A stretch of 10,526 nt of DNA. It comes from a virus. Lineage: Duplodnaviria > Heunggongvirae > Uroviricota > Caudoviricetes. Of the stretch, positions 1-6,225 are shown piece after piece. The notes under the pieces were generated by a model that was not told where the DNA came from, made no database searches, and saw only the letters and a program-made list of their open reading frames with translations. The stretch's first letter is position 1. Each line of letters begins with the position of its first letter. Location of the stretch: IMG/VR virus record IMGVR_UViG_2609459769_000020; one strand, written 5' to 3'. Position numbers and translations under genes: made by a program.

Positions 1-546
1 CGTTTCCCGTAAACCGACGTTATCGATAAAAGCCCCTTTATCCGGAATGTCTGCGCCGTTCTGCTCCCTGCGCAGGTAACGGTTATCACCTTCGCTTTTG
101 CTGTAAACATCCAGATTATTACGGGCGGTTCCCTTATTCTCCAGGTCGGCGAGATTCTGATCCTTCGCCAGGGCATTAACGTCAGCGGGACCAAGACTGT
201 TTTTTGTGGCAAGCGTCCCCAGACCAAGATAACCACGGGCCAGACGCTGGGCCTCCGCACCGGCATCAGCAATTTCTTTCAGGTTATTTTTCCGGGAAAA
301 GGCATTCGCAGCGATAATGGCTTTAATGGACAGCGTAAGCTGGTTTAACTGCGCCTTATCCGGCTGAATACTGGCTTCAGCCAGAATATTCAGCAGTTCG
401 GCCTGGAGAATATTCAGCCAGTCCTGACCAATCCAGCTGATACCTTTTTGTCCGTCACCTTCGGTAAACCAGGTGGTGGTATTACTCTGCGCCGGTGCCA
501 GCGCAGGCATATTCGCCACGCCGGAATTATTATCAACATGAAACAT
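1..546 (-). CDS. Phage tail fibre protein, N-terminal portion (5' end in window at 546; continues past position 1)
   Basis: Absent from the ORF track because it runs off the edge. My own minus-strand translation from ATG 546..544 is open for 182 codons to position 1: MFHVDNNSGVANMPALAPAQSNTTTWFTEGDGQKGISWIGQDWLNILQAELLNILAEASIQPDKAQLNQL...RGYLGLGTLATKNSLGPADVNALAKDQNLADLENKGTARNNLDVYSKSEGDNRYL... SD GAGGAG lies about 9 nt upstream. The WFTEG...DWLN..Q.EL and LGLGT.AT...NNLDVYSKSEGD motifs match my memory of enterobacterial phage tail-fibre N-termini. Confidence 0.6.
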   Translation of the reverse strand, partial: MFHVDNNSGVANMPALAPAQSNTTTWFTEGDGQKGISWIGQDWLNILQAELLNILAEASIQPDKAQLNQLTLSIKAIIAANAFSRKNNLKEIADAGAEAQRLARGYLGLGTLATKNSLGPADVNALAKDQNLADLENKGTARNNLDVYSKSEGDNRYLRREQNGADIPDKGAFIDNVGLRET

Positions 547-686
547 TAAATAGTCTCCTCTTCATGGCTGTTTGCATAAACGTAAATAAACGTCTGCCAT
601 GCAGGCTTATAACGGTTCAGAATACATTCCAGCGCACCGCCTTCATAAATACGCAGCGGCGTGAGAATATCATCCAGCACATTCAT
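546..686 (-). CDS. Small ORF (46 aa) bridging the gemA-like stop and the tail-fibre start; possibly a remnant 3' end of a baseplate/tail gene rather than an independent gene
   Basis: My translation: MNVLDDILTPLRIYEGGALECILNRYKPAWQTFIYVYANSHEEETI. Its ATG (686..684) overlaps the gemA-like stop and its TAA (548..546) overlaps the tail-fibre ATG (TAATG). No recognisable family. Confidence 0.25.
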   Translation of the reverse strand: MNVLDDILTPLRIYEGGALECILNRYKPAWQTFIYVYANSHEEETI

Positions 687-886
687 ATTCCGGTAACCGG
701 CTTCTGACGCACTTTAAAACCGCGTTTTTTGAAAACATCCAGCACGCGGGATAACTCATCCGGTGACATATCCCGGCAACTGGGTTTGCCGGTGGCTGCC
801 AGTAGTACGGATGTGTAGGTCTCATGGTCAAGCTGTAGATCGCGTTTTGCGACATGTATTAAGGTAATCAGGGAAGCGCGATTCAT
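683..886 (-). CDS. gemA: GemA-family (Mu gp16-like) protein, apparently truncated (67 aa)
   Basis: ORF-track protein MNRASLITLIHVAKRDLQLDHETYTSVLLAATGKPSCRDMSPDELSRVLDVFKKRGFKV... fits the GemA/DUF1018 N-terminal pattern (LIHVAKR.L.LD.ETY...TGK.S...MS..EL..VL..FK..GF) as I recall it. SD GGAGA lies upstream of the ATG at 886. I recall family members being considerably longer (over 100 aa); here the frame stops right after the conserved N-terminal block. Confidence 0.5.
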   Translation of the reverse strand: MNRASLITLIHVAKRDLQLDHETYTSVLLAATGKPSCRDMSPDELSRVLDVFKKRGFKVRQKPVTGI

Positions 887-950
887 TATCGTGTCTCCGT
901 AACAACAGGCGGCATGGCAACGCCGCCCGGATAAAACTAAAGGTATCGAT

Positions 951-1361
951 ATGAAAATAGATTACGATGAAGTATTAAGTATTCTCACAACTTTTCAGGA
1001 TGCTGAAACACCTTTCCTTACACTACAGGATCTGGGCATGGCTGAGGCAGAAGGAGAGGAAAAGGATAAAAAAGTTTTTCATCTTATGCTTCTCGCTGAT
1101 AATGGCTCAATTGTTAATGGTGATATGCAGTCAGAAACACCCAAATATATTGGTTTCTTTTTCCATTCTCTGGGCGTTGGTTTCAGAAACACGCCCATTA
1201 TGCTTACCCAGCAGGGGCATGATTTAGCTAACGCCCTGAGAAAAAAACCAATCCTTGAAAGAATCAAAAAGGAGTTTACAGACGCACCATTTGATCTAAT
1301 TAAAGAAGTTACCAAATCAATGTTAACCAGGTTCGTCAAAGAACGTATTGGGATTGACTGA
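951..1361 (+). CDS. Hypothetical protein (136 aa), opposite-strand insert; possibly DUF2513-like
   Basis: ORF-track ORF with AAAGG about 7 nt upstream of the ATG. Visibly more AT-rich than neighbouring phage genes and the only convincing plus-strand gene inside the minus-strand operon. The LTQQGHDLANALRKKPILERIKKEF segment faintly recalls small prophage-associated DUF2513 proteins; unverified. Confidence 0.5.
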   Translation: MKIDYDEVLSILTTFQDAETPFLTLQDLGMAEAEGEEKDKKVFHLMLLADNGSIVNGDMQSETPKYIGFFFHSLGVGFRNTPIMLTQQGHDLANALRKKPILERIKKEFTDAPFDLIKEVTKSMLTRFVKERIGID

Positions 1362-1631
1362 ACAACTTAATTCAGCCAGTAATCGCAGGGCGGCGACAGC
1401 CGCCTGCTTGTCACTTCTTTTAGCTATTTCCGCAAGAGTATGCACAATCCATAACGGACTTAACGCCACGGCTGAATCCAGAATCATGTCATCCATAATA
1501 ATTTCTGGCATATCCCGCTTGTCACATTCTTTATCCATAAAAGAAACGAATTTCTCTGCATCTTCCGGTTTCATGCCTCCGGCGATAAGGATTTTGCGAT
1601 ATTCATAAGACGATCTTAATTCAATACTCAT
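1323..1631 (-). CDS. Hypothetical protein (102 aa)
   Basis: ORF-track ORF with ATG at 1631 and SD AGGTGA upstream. Its 3' end overlaps the plus-strand gene by 39 nt. No recognisable motif. Confidence 0.45.
   Translation of the reverse strand: MSIELRSSYEYRKILIAGGMKPEDAEKFVSFMDKECDKRDMPEIIMDDMILDSAVALSPLWIVHTLAEIAKRSDKQAAVAALRLLAELSCSVNPNTFFDEPG
1385..1429 (+). terminator. Candidate intrinsic terminator for the plus-strand gene
   Basis: GCAGGGCGGC (1385..1394), loop GACA, GCCGCCTGC (1399..1407): a 9-bp GC-rich stem with one bulged G, followed by the T-rich stretch TTGTCACTTCTTTTAGCTATTT. It works only in plus orientation and lies inside the convergent minus-strand ORF 1323..1631. Confidence 0.25.
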
Positions 1632-1646
1632 TATTCACCTGCCTGC

Positions 1647-1997
1647 TTAATCTGTTTCCAGTGCTTTGCTACGGGCTATAGCCTCACATTCAAAAAATAC
1701 CGACTCCGGCACGCGCTCTTTTAATTCACGAACAAGGAAATCATTAACGCGTTCATGACGTCTTATATTTCTTTCCTTTTCCTCCTGGCGCAATACAGCA
1801 AGGCGGTATTCAACAGCCCGGCGTTGTTTCTGAAAGACAGCCAGTGCTTTTCTGGCAGCATTACGCCATGCATCATCGCCACATGGTGCGTATTCAAGCT
1901 GAAATTTAATCTCTTCAATAGTTTCTTTGATTTTTGCCAGCAAGCTAAGACAGTCGCTTATTGTCTCCAGCTTTTCATTATCAATATAACTTCTCAC
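1647..1997 (-). CDS. Hypothetical protein with predicted coiled-coil character (about 116 aa from revised start)
   Basis: The track ORF 1647..2039 starts at a GTG with a 46-nt overlap into the upstream gene. An in-frame GTG at 1997..1995 sits about 6 nt after a strong SD GGGAGGTGA and overlaps the upstream TGA, so I place the start there. Charged heptad-like sequence (KIKETIEEIKFQLEY...RLAVLRQEEKERNIRRHER). Confidence 0.5.
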   Translation of the reverse strand: MRSYIDNEKLETISDCLSLLAKIKETIEEIKFQLEYAPCGDDAWRNAARKALAVFQKQRRAVEYRLAVLRQEEKERNIRRHERVNDFLVRELKERVPESVFFECEAIARSKALETD

Positions 1998-2323
1998 GCA
2001 TTCACCTCCCGTAATTCCGGTAAAGCCGAAATATGACACCAGTGCGTCACCTGTCCGTCTTCATCTTCAAGGCAGGCTCCGGTTTCTTCATCAACAAAAA
2101 AGCCTTCATACCCCATATGGCCGATGCGCAGCTCCTGACGGTGACCATACTGAACAATCAGCACGACAGCCTCCATATCAGGTGGGAAAGCATCATTCAG
2201 TGAATGCCAGGGATAACCGCGTAAATCCCCGAAATAAACACCGGTCAGCGTTCCGCCACAGAGCGGCATTCCGGCGGCACACACAAGAGGTTCATCTGAT
2301 TCAACAAATAAGGTCGTTATCAT
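1994..2323 (-). CDS. Hypothetical protein (109 aa)
   Basis: ORF-track ORF; its ATG overlaps the upstream stop (ATGA coupling at 2320..2323). No recognisable motif. Confidence 0.5.
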   Translation of the reverse strand: MITTLFVESDEPLVCAAGMPLCGGTLTGVYFGDLRGYPWHSLNDAFPPDMEAVVLIVQYGHRQELRIGHMGYEGFFVDEETGACLEDEDGQVTHWCHISALPELREVNA

Positions 2324-2871
2324 GGCGTTAACTCCCGTAATACAGCGTCCTCGGCAGTCCGGCGACGGTAATAAACTGCGTGAGCAGAATGTTCAGATAT
2401 TCCAAACTTTTCGCCAATTTCCCGGAATGACAGACGGCGTGGGTAATCGGAATCACGCAGCGCACGTATAAGACGTACATCATCATCAGATATGCGCGTG
2501 CCGGGGCGTAACTCTCCGCACTTTGTTAATCCAGCACCAATCATTCCTGCCCGACATCTGACAGAATCTTTATTACGTCCGAGATATTCTCCCATTTGCT
2601 GGCAGGTCATTGTTCTGGCATTTTTTCGAATAAACTTATCTTCATCAGGTGTAAATCTTGGGTGTTTATATTTCAGTAACTCCGGGTATGAACTGCGCAA
2701 TACACCAGTCCGGTTATATACAGCCCAGACAGTTCTTTTTATTCTGGCAGCAATATCCTTAACCGGGGTGGATGAATAAAGCGCAATCAGTAGCGCATCT
2801 TCTTCAGGTGTCCACGCGCGGACATGAGCGGGTGTACGACCTTTTCGCCCCATGTGTTGTAAAATCATCAT
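2320..2871 (-). CDS. Putative DNA-binding regulator: two Myb/SANT-like repeats plus a C-terminal HTH resembling the Mor/C activator family
   Basis: ORF-track protein (183 aa). Repeats WTPEEDALLIALY...IAARIKRT and FTPDEDKFIRKN...MGEYLGRNKDSVRCR; C-terminal SDDDVRLIRALRDS...LSFREIGEKFGISEHSAHAVYYRRR. SD GGGGGTGA upstream of the ATG at 2871. Confidence 0.55.
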   Translation of the reverse strand: MMILQHMGRKGRTPAHVRAWTPEEDALLIALYSSTPVKDIAARIKRTVWAVYNRTGVLRSSYPELLKYKHPRFTPDEDKFIRKNARTMTCQQMGEYLGRNKDSVRCRAGMIGAGLTKCGELRPGTRISDDDVRLIRALRDSDYPRRLSFREIGEKFGISEHSAHAVYYRRRTAEDAVLRELTP

Positions 2872-2874
2872 ACA

Positions 2875-3390
2875 TCACCCCCTGACTCGCTTTTCGGCAG
2901 CATAAAACTCATCAGACAGAATTTCGGTCATTTTCCGTTTTGCGGAATCATCTTCGCACTGAAGATAAATCACATTGTCAACGCAGAACCAGTTCACGGG
3001 ACCATACAATATTGCTGAGAAGTCAATACCCAGCCAGAACAACAGGGCATCGGTTCTGGCATACGTGACGGGCGAATATTCACGCCACAGACTGTTCAGT
3101 TCATCAGAGGCAACACGCAGGGCTTTAGGGATACGTGATGTGCGCGGTGTGCAGCTCCAGCCATTCGACGCAGTCGGTTTTCGCCATAAGTCGCGATGAA
3201 AAGGATATTTGTCCTCCGTAAAACGCAGTCCCTTAAAACAAAAACCACTGATACTGAATTCAAATACCGACCGGCACGCAACATTCAGCACGGCCTCAAG
3301 GCGTTTCGCCTCATCTTTTACCGTCTGGCAGTCCTGCTGGTATTTTTGCCACGCAGCCAGCGCGGAAGGGTTTGATGTTTTAAAGAACAT
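2875..3390 (-). CDS. Hypothetical protein (171 aa)
   Basis: ORF-track ORF with SD GGAGGTG upstream; its ATG overlaps the upstream TAA (TAATG at 3390). No recognisable motif. Confidence 0.5.
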   Translation of the reverse strand: MFFKTSNPSALAAWQKYQQDCQTVKDEAKRLEAVLNVACRSVFEFSISGFCFKGLRFTEDKYPFHRDLWRKPTASNGWSCTPRTSRIPKALRVASDELNSLWREYSPVTYARTDALLFWLGIDFSAILYGPVNWFCVDNVIYLQCEDDSAKRKMTEILSDEFYAAEKRVRG

Positions 3391-3923
3391 TACGCCACCT
3401 CCGCAGATATCCCGGCAGGCGCTGCTGTCCGGTCAACAATCAGGTAGCGCAGAACACGCGCGGTGATATTCCAGCCGCTTAAACCGCAGATGATGACACC
3501 CAGGCGAATGTCGATATACGCCATCACAAACTGGGGCACGCCTTCTTTCATGGCCTGCTCATCAACTTCAGCCACCACATAAACGGTTTCACAGGTCAGA
3601 ACGCCCTGAGCAAATTCCCACGCCATCGACGGAATATCATGCCCCTCAATCCATGGCAGGGATTTTCTGAAGCTGCACCACTGAACATCATCAGCCGCAG
3701 ATTCCTGTCTGCATTTGCGACGAATCGGCTGCACCGGGCGGGAACGCGGAATATCATAAAAACCGTTACATTCCGTCAGCACCCCGGCATCAACCGCATC
3801 ACGCAGAAAATAAACCATGGAGGATGGCGGCATATTCATTTTTTCAGCCAGTACGCCGCAGGTCAGACGCCCGTAAATACTCAGCCAGTTTTTAACCCCT
3901 TCAAGCACTTTTGCATCAATCAT
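3390..3923 (-). CDS. Hypothetical protein (177 aa), possible N-terminal winged-helix DNA-binding domain
   Basis: ORF-track ORF with strong SD GGAGGAA upstream of the ATG at 3923. The N-terminal segment LAEKMNMPPSSMVYFLRDAVDAGVL is HTH-like; this is a weak call. Confidence 0.5.
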   Translation of the reverse strand: MIDAKVLEGVKNWLSIYGRLTCGVLAEKMNMPPSSMVYFLRDAVDAGVLTECNGFYDIPRSRPVQPIRRKCRQESAADDVQWCSFRKSLPWIEGHDIPSMAWEFAQGVLTCETVYVVAEVDEQAMKEGVPQFVMAYIDIRLGVIICGLSGWNITARVLRYLIVDRTAAPAGISAEVA

Positions 3924-3926
3924 GAA

Positions 3927-4469
3927 TTATTCCTCCGTCAGCGCCACATATTCAGAATGTTTAATTTCCTGGCATTCTTCAGGAATACATCCGTTTATTT
4001 CCCTGCCATAAGCGCCCACTTTAAACACCACGCACAGGGCATCACGGGAGAACGAAGGGGTCCACCAGGAGTCCGTGTTAAACATGGAGGGGATTCTCAT
4101 TACCCCCAGCTTTTCACAGAGCCAGACAAGGAAATCAGGACGCTTTCTTAACTCGCGTTCAGCGGCTTCAATCATTGCGGCAATCGCCGGTCCTTCAGGG
4201 CATGACTCATCAGGTCTGGCTATAAAGCACTGTCCGCCACCGATAAAAGCCACATCATCGCGCTTACGCCAGCCCGCAGGCAGAGCACCGGCAAAATAAA
4301 ACTCACTGATTCTGTCCATGGCGAACGGCTTTAAGCGCAATCCGGCAGCGCCTGTATTTTTCAGTAATGTCCGAAGAATACTGTTGCGTAGCGGTAAAAC
4401 AGCCTGTTGATATTTGGTGAAATATTTATTTGTCTGCACACGGTCTAATTTGAAATAAAAATATGCCAT
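3927..4469 (-). CDS. Hypothetical protein (180 aa)
   Basis: ORF-track ORF with SD AAGGAA upstream of the ATG at 4469. First gene after the 97-nt AT-rich gap downstream of gam. No recognisable motif. Confidence 0.5.
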   Translation of the reverse strand: MAYFYFKLDRVQTNKYFTKYQQAVLPLRNSILRTLLKNTGAAGLRLKPFAMDRISEFYFAGALPAGWRKRDDVAFIGGGQCFIARPDESCPEGPAIAAMIEAAERELRKRPDFLVWLCEKLGVMRIPSMFNTDSWWTPSFSRDALCVVFKVGAYGREINGCIPEECQEIKHSEYVALTEE

Positions 4470-4566
4470 ATTTCCGATTCCTTATTTTCAGCTTTCAGGC
4501 GCAAGCAGTCCCCTGACGCGAGCGCCATAATTAAAATGAAGTGATATTTAAATAATTAATGCGGTG

Positions 4567-5097
4567 TTATTTATTCAGTCCGGCATCCTGTTCAAAAGGC
4601 TCGACATAAAAACTTTCAGCGCCTTTATTCACCTTTATACCGGCAATGCCTTTCACCGCATCCGGCTCCGCCAGGACGGCTTCCTTGTTCACTTCCTCTT
4701 TCGTGCGGATGAATCGCTCAAGCCCCATACGGCGCAGCGTGTCAATCACACCTTCCACATCACGGCTGACGCTGCATGATGGCGTTCCCAGCCGCCATGA
4801 CACCGTTCCGGTGGTCAGATTGGCAGTTTTGGTTTTGCCGCCGTTCGTCAGCTCATCACGGTTGGTTTTACACCAGTCCTGAATCCCTTTAAAAAGCACT
4901 TTGATTTGCTTTTTAAGATTTTCAATCTGCGGCGTATAACGGGCGGTGATTTCTGCCACTTCATCATTCATCGCCGTTTCCAGGCGCAGCGCCTCTCGCT
5001 GAATATCGCCCAGGGTGCGGATATCGCGGCTGACTTCTTCGCGGGTCTGCGGTGCGGCCTCGGCTACAGCCTTTAATTTTGTAACGCGTTTTGCCAT
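4567..5097 (-). CDS. gam: Host-nuclease inhibitor protein Gam (Mu Gam family, Ku-like DNA-end binding)
   Basis: ORF-track protein (176 aa) MAKRVTKLKAVAEAAPQTREEVSRDIRTLGDIQREALRLETAMNDEVAEITARY...CKTNRDELTNGGKTKTANLTTGTVSWR...ERFIRTKEEVNKEAVLAEP...EPFEQDAG closely matches my recollection of Mu Gam in length and in the LQREA.RLE.EMND, NRDELTNGGK.KTANL, RFIRTK.E.NKEA and PFEQ.AG blocks. SD AAGGA upstream. Confidence 0.8.
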   Translation of the reverse strand: MAKRVTKLKAVAEAAPQTREEVSRDIRTLGDIQREALRLETAMNDEVAEITARYTPQIENLKKQIKVLFKGIQDWCKTNRDELTNGGKTKTANLTTGTVSWRLGTPSCSVSRDVEGVIDTLRRMGLERFIRTKEEVNKEAVLAEPDAVKGIAGIKVNKGAESFYVEPFEQDAGLNK

Positions 5098-5108
5098 TTT
5101 GTTTTTCC

Positions 5109-5402
5109 TTATTGCAATGTATCTGGTGCGTTCTGCAAGGAGCGGCGCTCAATGCTGCTTTTCACCCCCAGAGCCTGCATGGAACCCTGAAGTTCATCTG
5201 TCAGAAACTGAATAATTGTGGGGCTGTGATATTTAAGAATTTGCGCATAAACATCACATGGGCCTGTCGGTCTGTTCTCCGTATCACGTTCGATTTTTAC
5301 AGTGGCAGTAACCCCCTCCGTGATTTCCTGACTATCATTACCGGCTGGCTTTACTTCATGCATTACGTGGTTAAATTCAAAAATAACGCGTACTTTGCTC
5401 AT
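5109..5402 (-). CDS. Hypothetical small protein, paralog 2 of a tandem pair (97 aa from revised start)
   Basis: The track ORF 5109..5429 has an internal ATG at 5402 placed 4 nt after the upstream TAA; this gives MSKVRVIFEFNHVMHEVKPAGN..., which parallels the N-terminus of the upstream gene. The two 5' ends also align at the DNA level. Confidence 0.45.
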   Translation of the reverse strand: MSKVRVIFEFNHVMHEVKPAGNDSQEITEGVTATVKIERDTENRPTGPCDVYAQILKYHSPTIIQFLTDELQGSMQALGVKSSIERRSLQNAPDTLQ

Positions 5403-5406
5403 GGAA

Positions 5407-5679
5407 TTACCCCTGCTGATTAAATTCATTACCGTTAATAACCCCGGAAGCCATGCCCCTGTCTTTCATGAATGCACTGGCTTTCATTGCCACAAGCTCT
5501 GCGAAGTTTCTGCTTTCCGCGAGCATAACCACCCCAAAAATCATGGCGGGTCCATCACCTTTCTGCTTTATCCCGGTTGAACGTATGTCCAGACTTACCC
5601 CCATGCGCACTGTTCCATCAGCGTTTTTATGGATAACGTGCTCCTTATATTCGAAAATAATGTGTACGACTTTACTCAT
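5407..5679 (-). CDS. Hypothetical small protein, paralog 1 of a tandem pair (90 aa)
   Basis: ORF-track ORF starting MSKVVHIIFEYKEHVIHKNADG...; its ATG overlaps the upstream TGA (ATGA). Confidence 0.45.
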   Translation of the reverse strand: MSKVVHIIFEYKEHVIHKNADGTVRMGVSLDIRSTGIKQKGDGPAMIFGVVMLAESRNFAELVAMKASAFMKDRGMASGVINGNEFNQQG

Positions 5680-5957
5680 CCTCTGGTCCTCGTTCTGTTT
5701 GGATAACTGACCCGGCGTCTGACCTCACGGCAGAACCGAATCATGGCATTAAAGGCTTCTTCCTCCGTCACCGCTTCCGGTATCCCCGGAACCAGTAACT
5801 GCTCCTGTTCATCACGTCCATGACGCGCCATAACCTCAATCACATGCCGTACCGTGGCAGGCTTTCCGGCAACTATCGGCAATGCACCTTCCGGCAGGAC
5901 GTAACCAAACTCAATAAGACCACTCGACCACGCCCATGCAATGAGATTTTTTTTCAC
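5676..5957 (-). CDS. Hypothetical protein (93 aa, GTG start)
   Basis: ORF-track ORF. The start is GTG at 5957, with a strong SD GGGAGGTG about 6 nt upstream. Confidence 0.45.
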   Translation of the reverse strand: MKKNLIAWAWSSGLIEFGYVLPEGALPIVAGKPATVRHVIEVMARHGRDEQEQLLVPGIPEAVTEEEAFNAMIRFCREVRRRVSYPNRTRTRG

Positions 5958-5958
5958 C

Positions 5959-6213
5959 TCACACCTCCCAGTAAACCGTGCAGCCGCTGATGCGGGTGGC
6001 CTTCACACGGCGGCGCAGGCCGTTGGTCTGTATGGTGATTTCAATTTCACCGGTTCCCTGCACGTTGCCTACCGGCGGCGTGGTTTTCAGTGCAAAACGT
6101 TGCGGATAGCGCTTACTGCGTTCCAGTACCGCACCGGCAAGTTCGGTCAGACGGCGCGCGCTGTTCAGGGAGTCGAATAAATTCATTTTGTTACCGCAGG
6201 ATTGCATATTCAT
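5959..6213 (-). CDS. Hypothetical protein (about 84 aa; start uncertain)
   Basis: Track ORF 5959..6225. The first ATG has no SD, whereas AGGTG precedes the internal ATGs at codons 5 and 7, so the start is more likely 6213 or 6207. Confidence 0.35.
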   Translation of the reverse strand: MNMQSCGNKMNLFDSLNSARRLTELAGAVLERSKRYPQRFALKTTPPVGNVQGTGEIEITIQTNGLRRRVKATRISGCTVYWEV

Positions 6214-6225
6214 ATAACACCTCAT

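Noticed and set aside
495-855. Track ORFs 495..707 (+) and 670..855 (-)
   Set aside because: The plus-strand ORF is antisense to the tail-fibre start and the small coupled ORF. The 670..855 ORF is an alternative frame of the gemA-like gene and lacks the family motif.
1000-1608. ORFs 1000..1227 (+), 1079..1339 (-) and 1348..1608 (+)
   Set aside because: Alternative-frame or antisense overlaps of the better-supported 951..1361 (+) and 1323..1631 (-) genes.
2320-2871. Assigning the 183-aa regulator as Mu Mor or C
   Set aside because: It is longer than either, carries extra Myb-like repeats, and lies upstream of gemA rather than downstream, so I called it only a Mor/C-like HTH regulator.
2492-4299. 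Plus-strand ORFs 2492..2779, 2975..3199, 3209..3466, 3639..4151, 4075..4299 and minus-strand 3096..3284
   Set aside because: All are antisense to or out of frame with coupled minus-strand genes that have good SDs; no start signals of their own.
4497-4526. GGCGC...GCGCC inverted repeat downstream of gam as a possible terminator
   Set aside because: Only a 5-bp stem with a loop of about 19 nt and no following U-tract on the transcribed strand.
4564-5423. ORFs 4564..4779 (+), 4646..4882 (+), 4964..5152 (-), 5015..5215 (+), 5091..5423 (+), 5395..5580 (+), 5453..5710 (+) and 5941..6180 (+)
   Set aside because: Antisense or frame-shifted shadows of gam and the small early genes.
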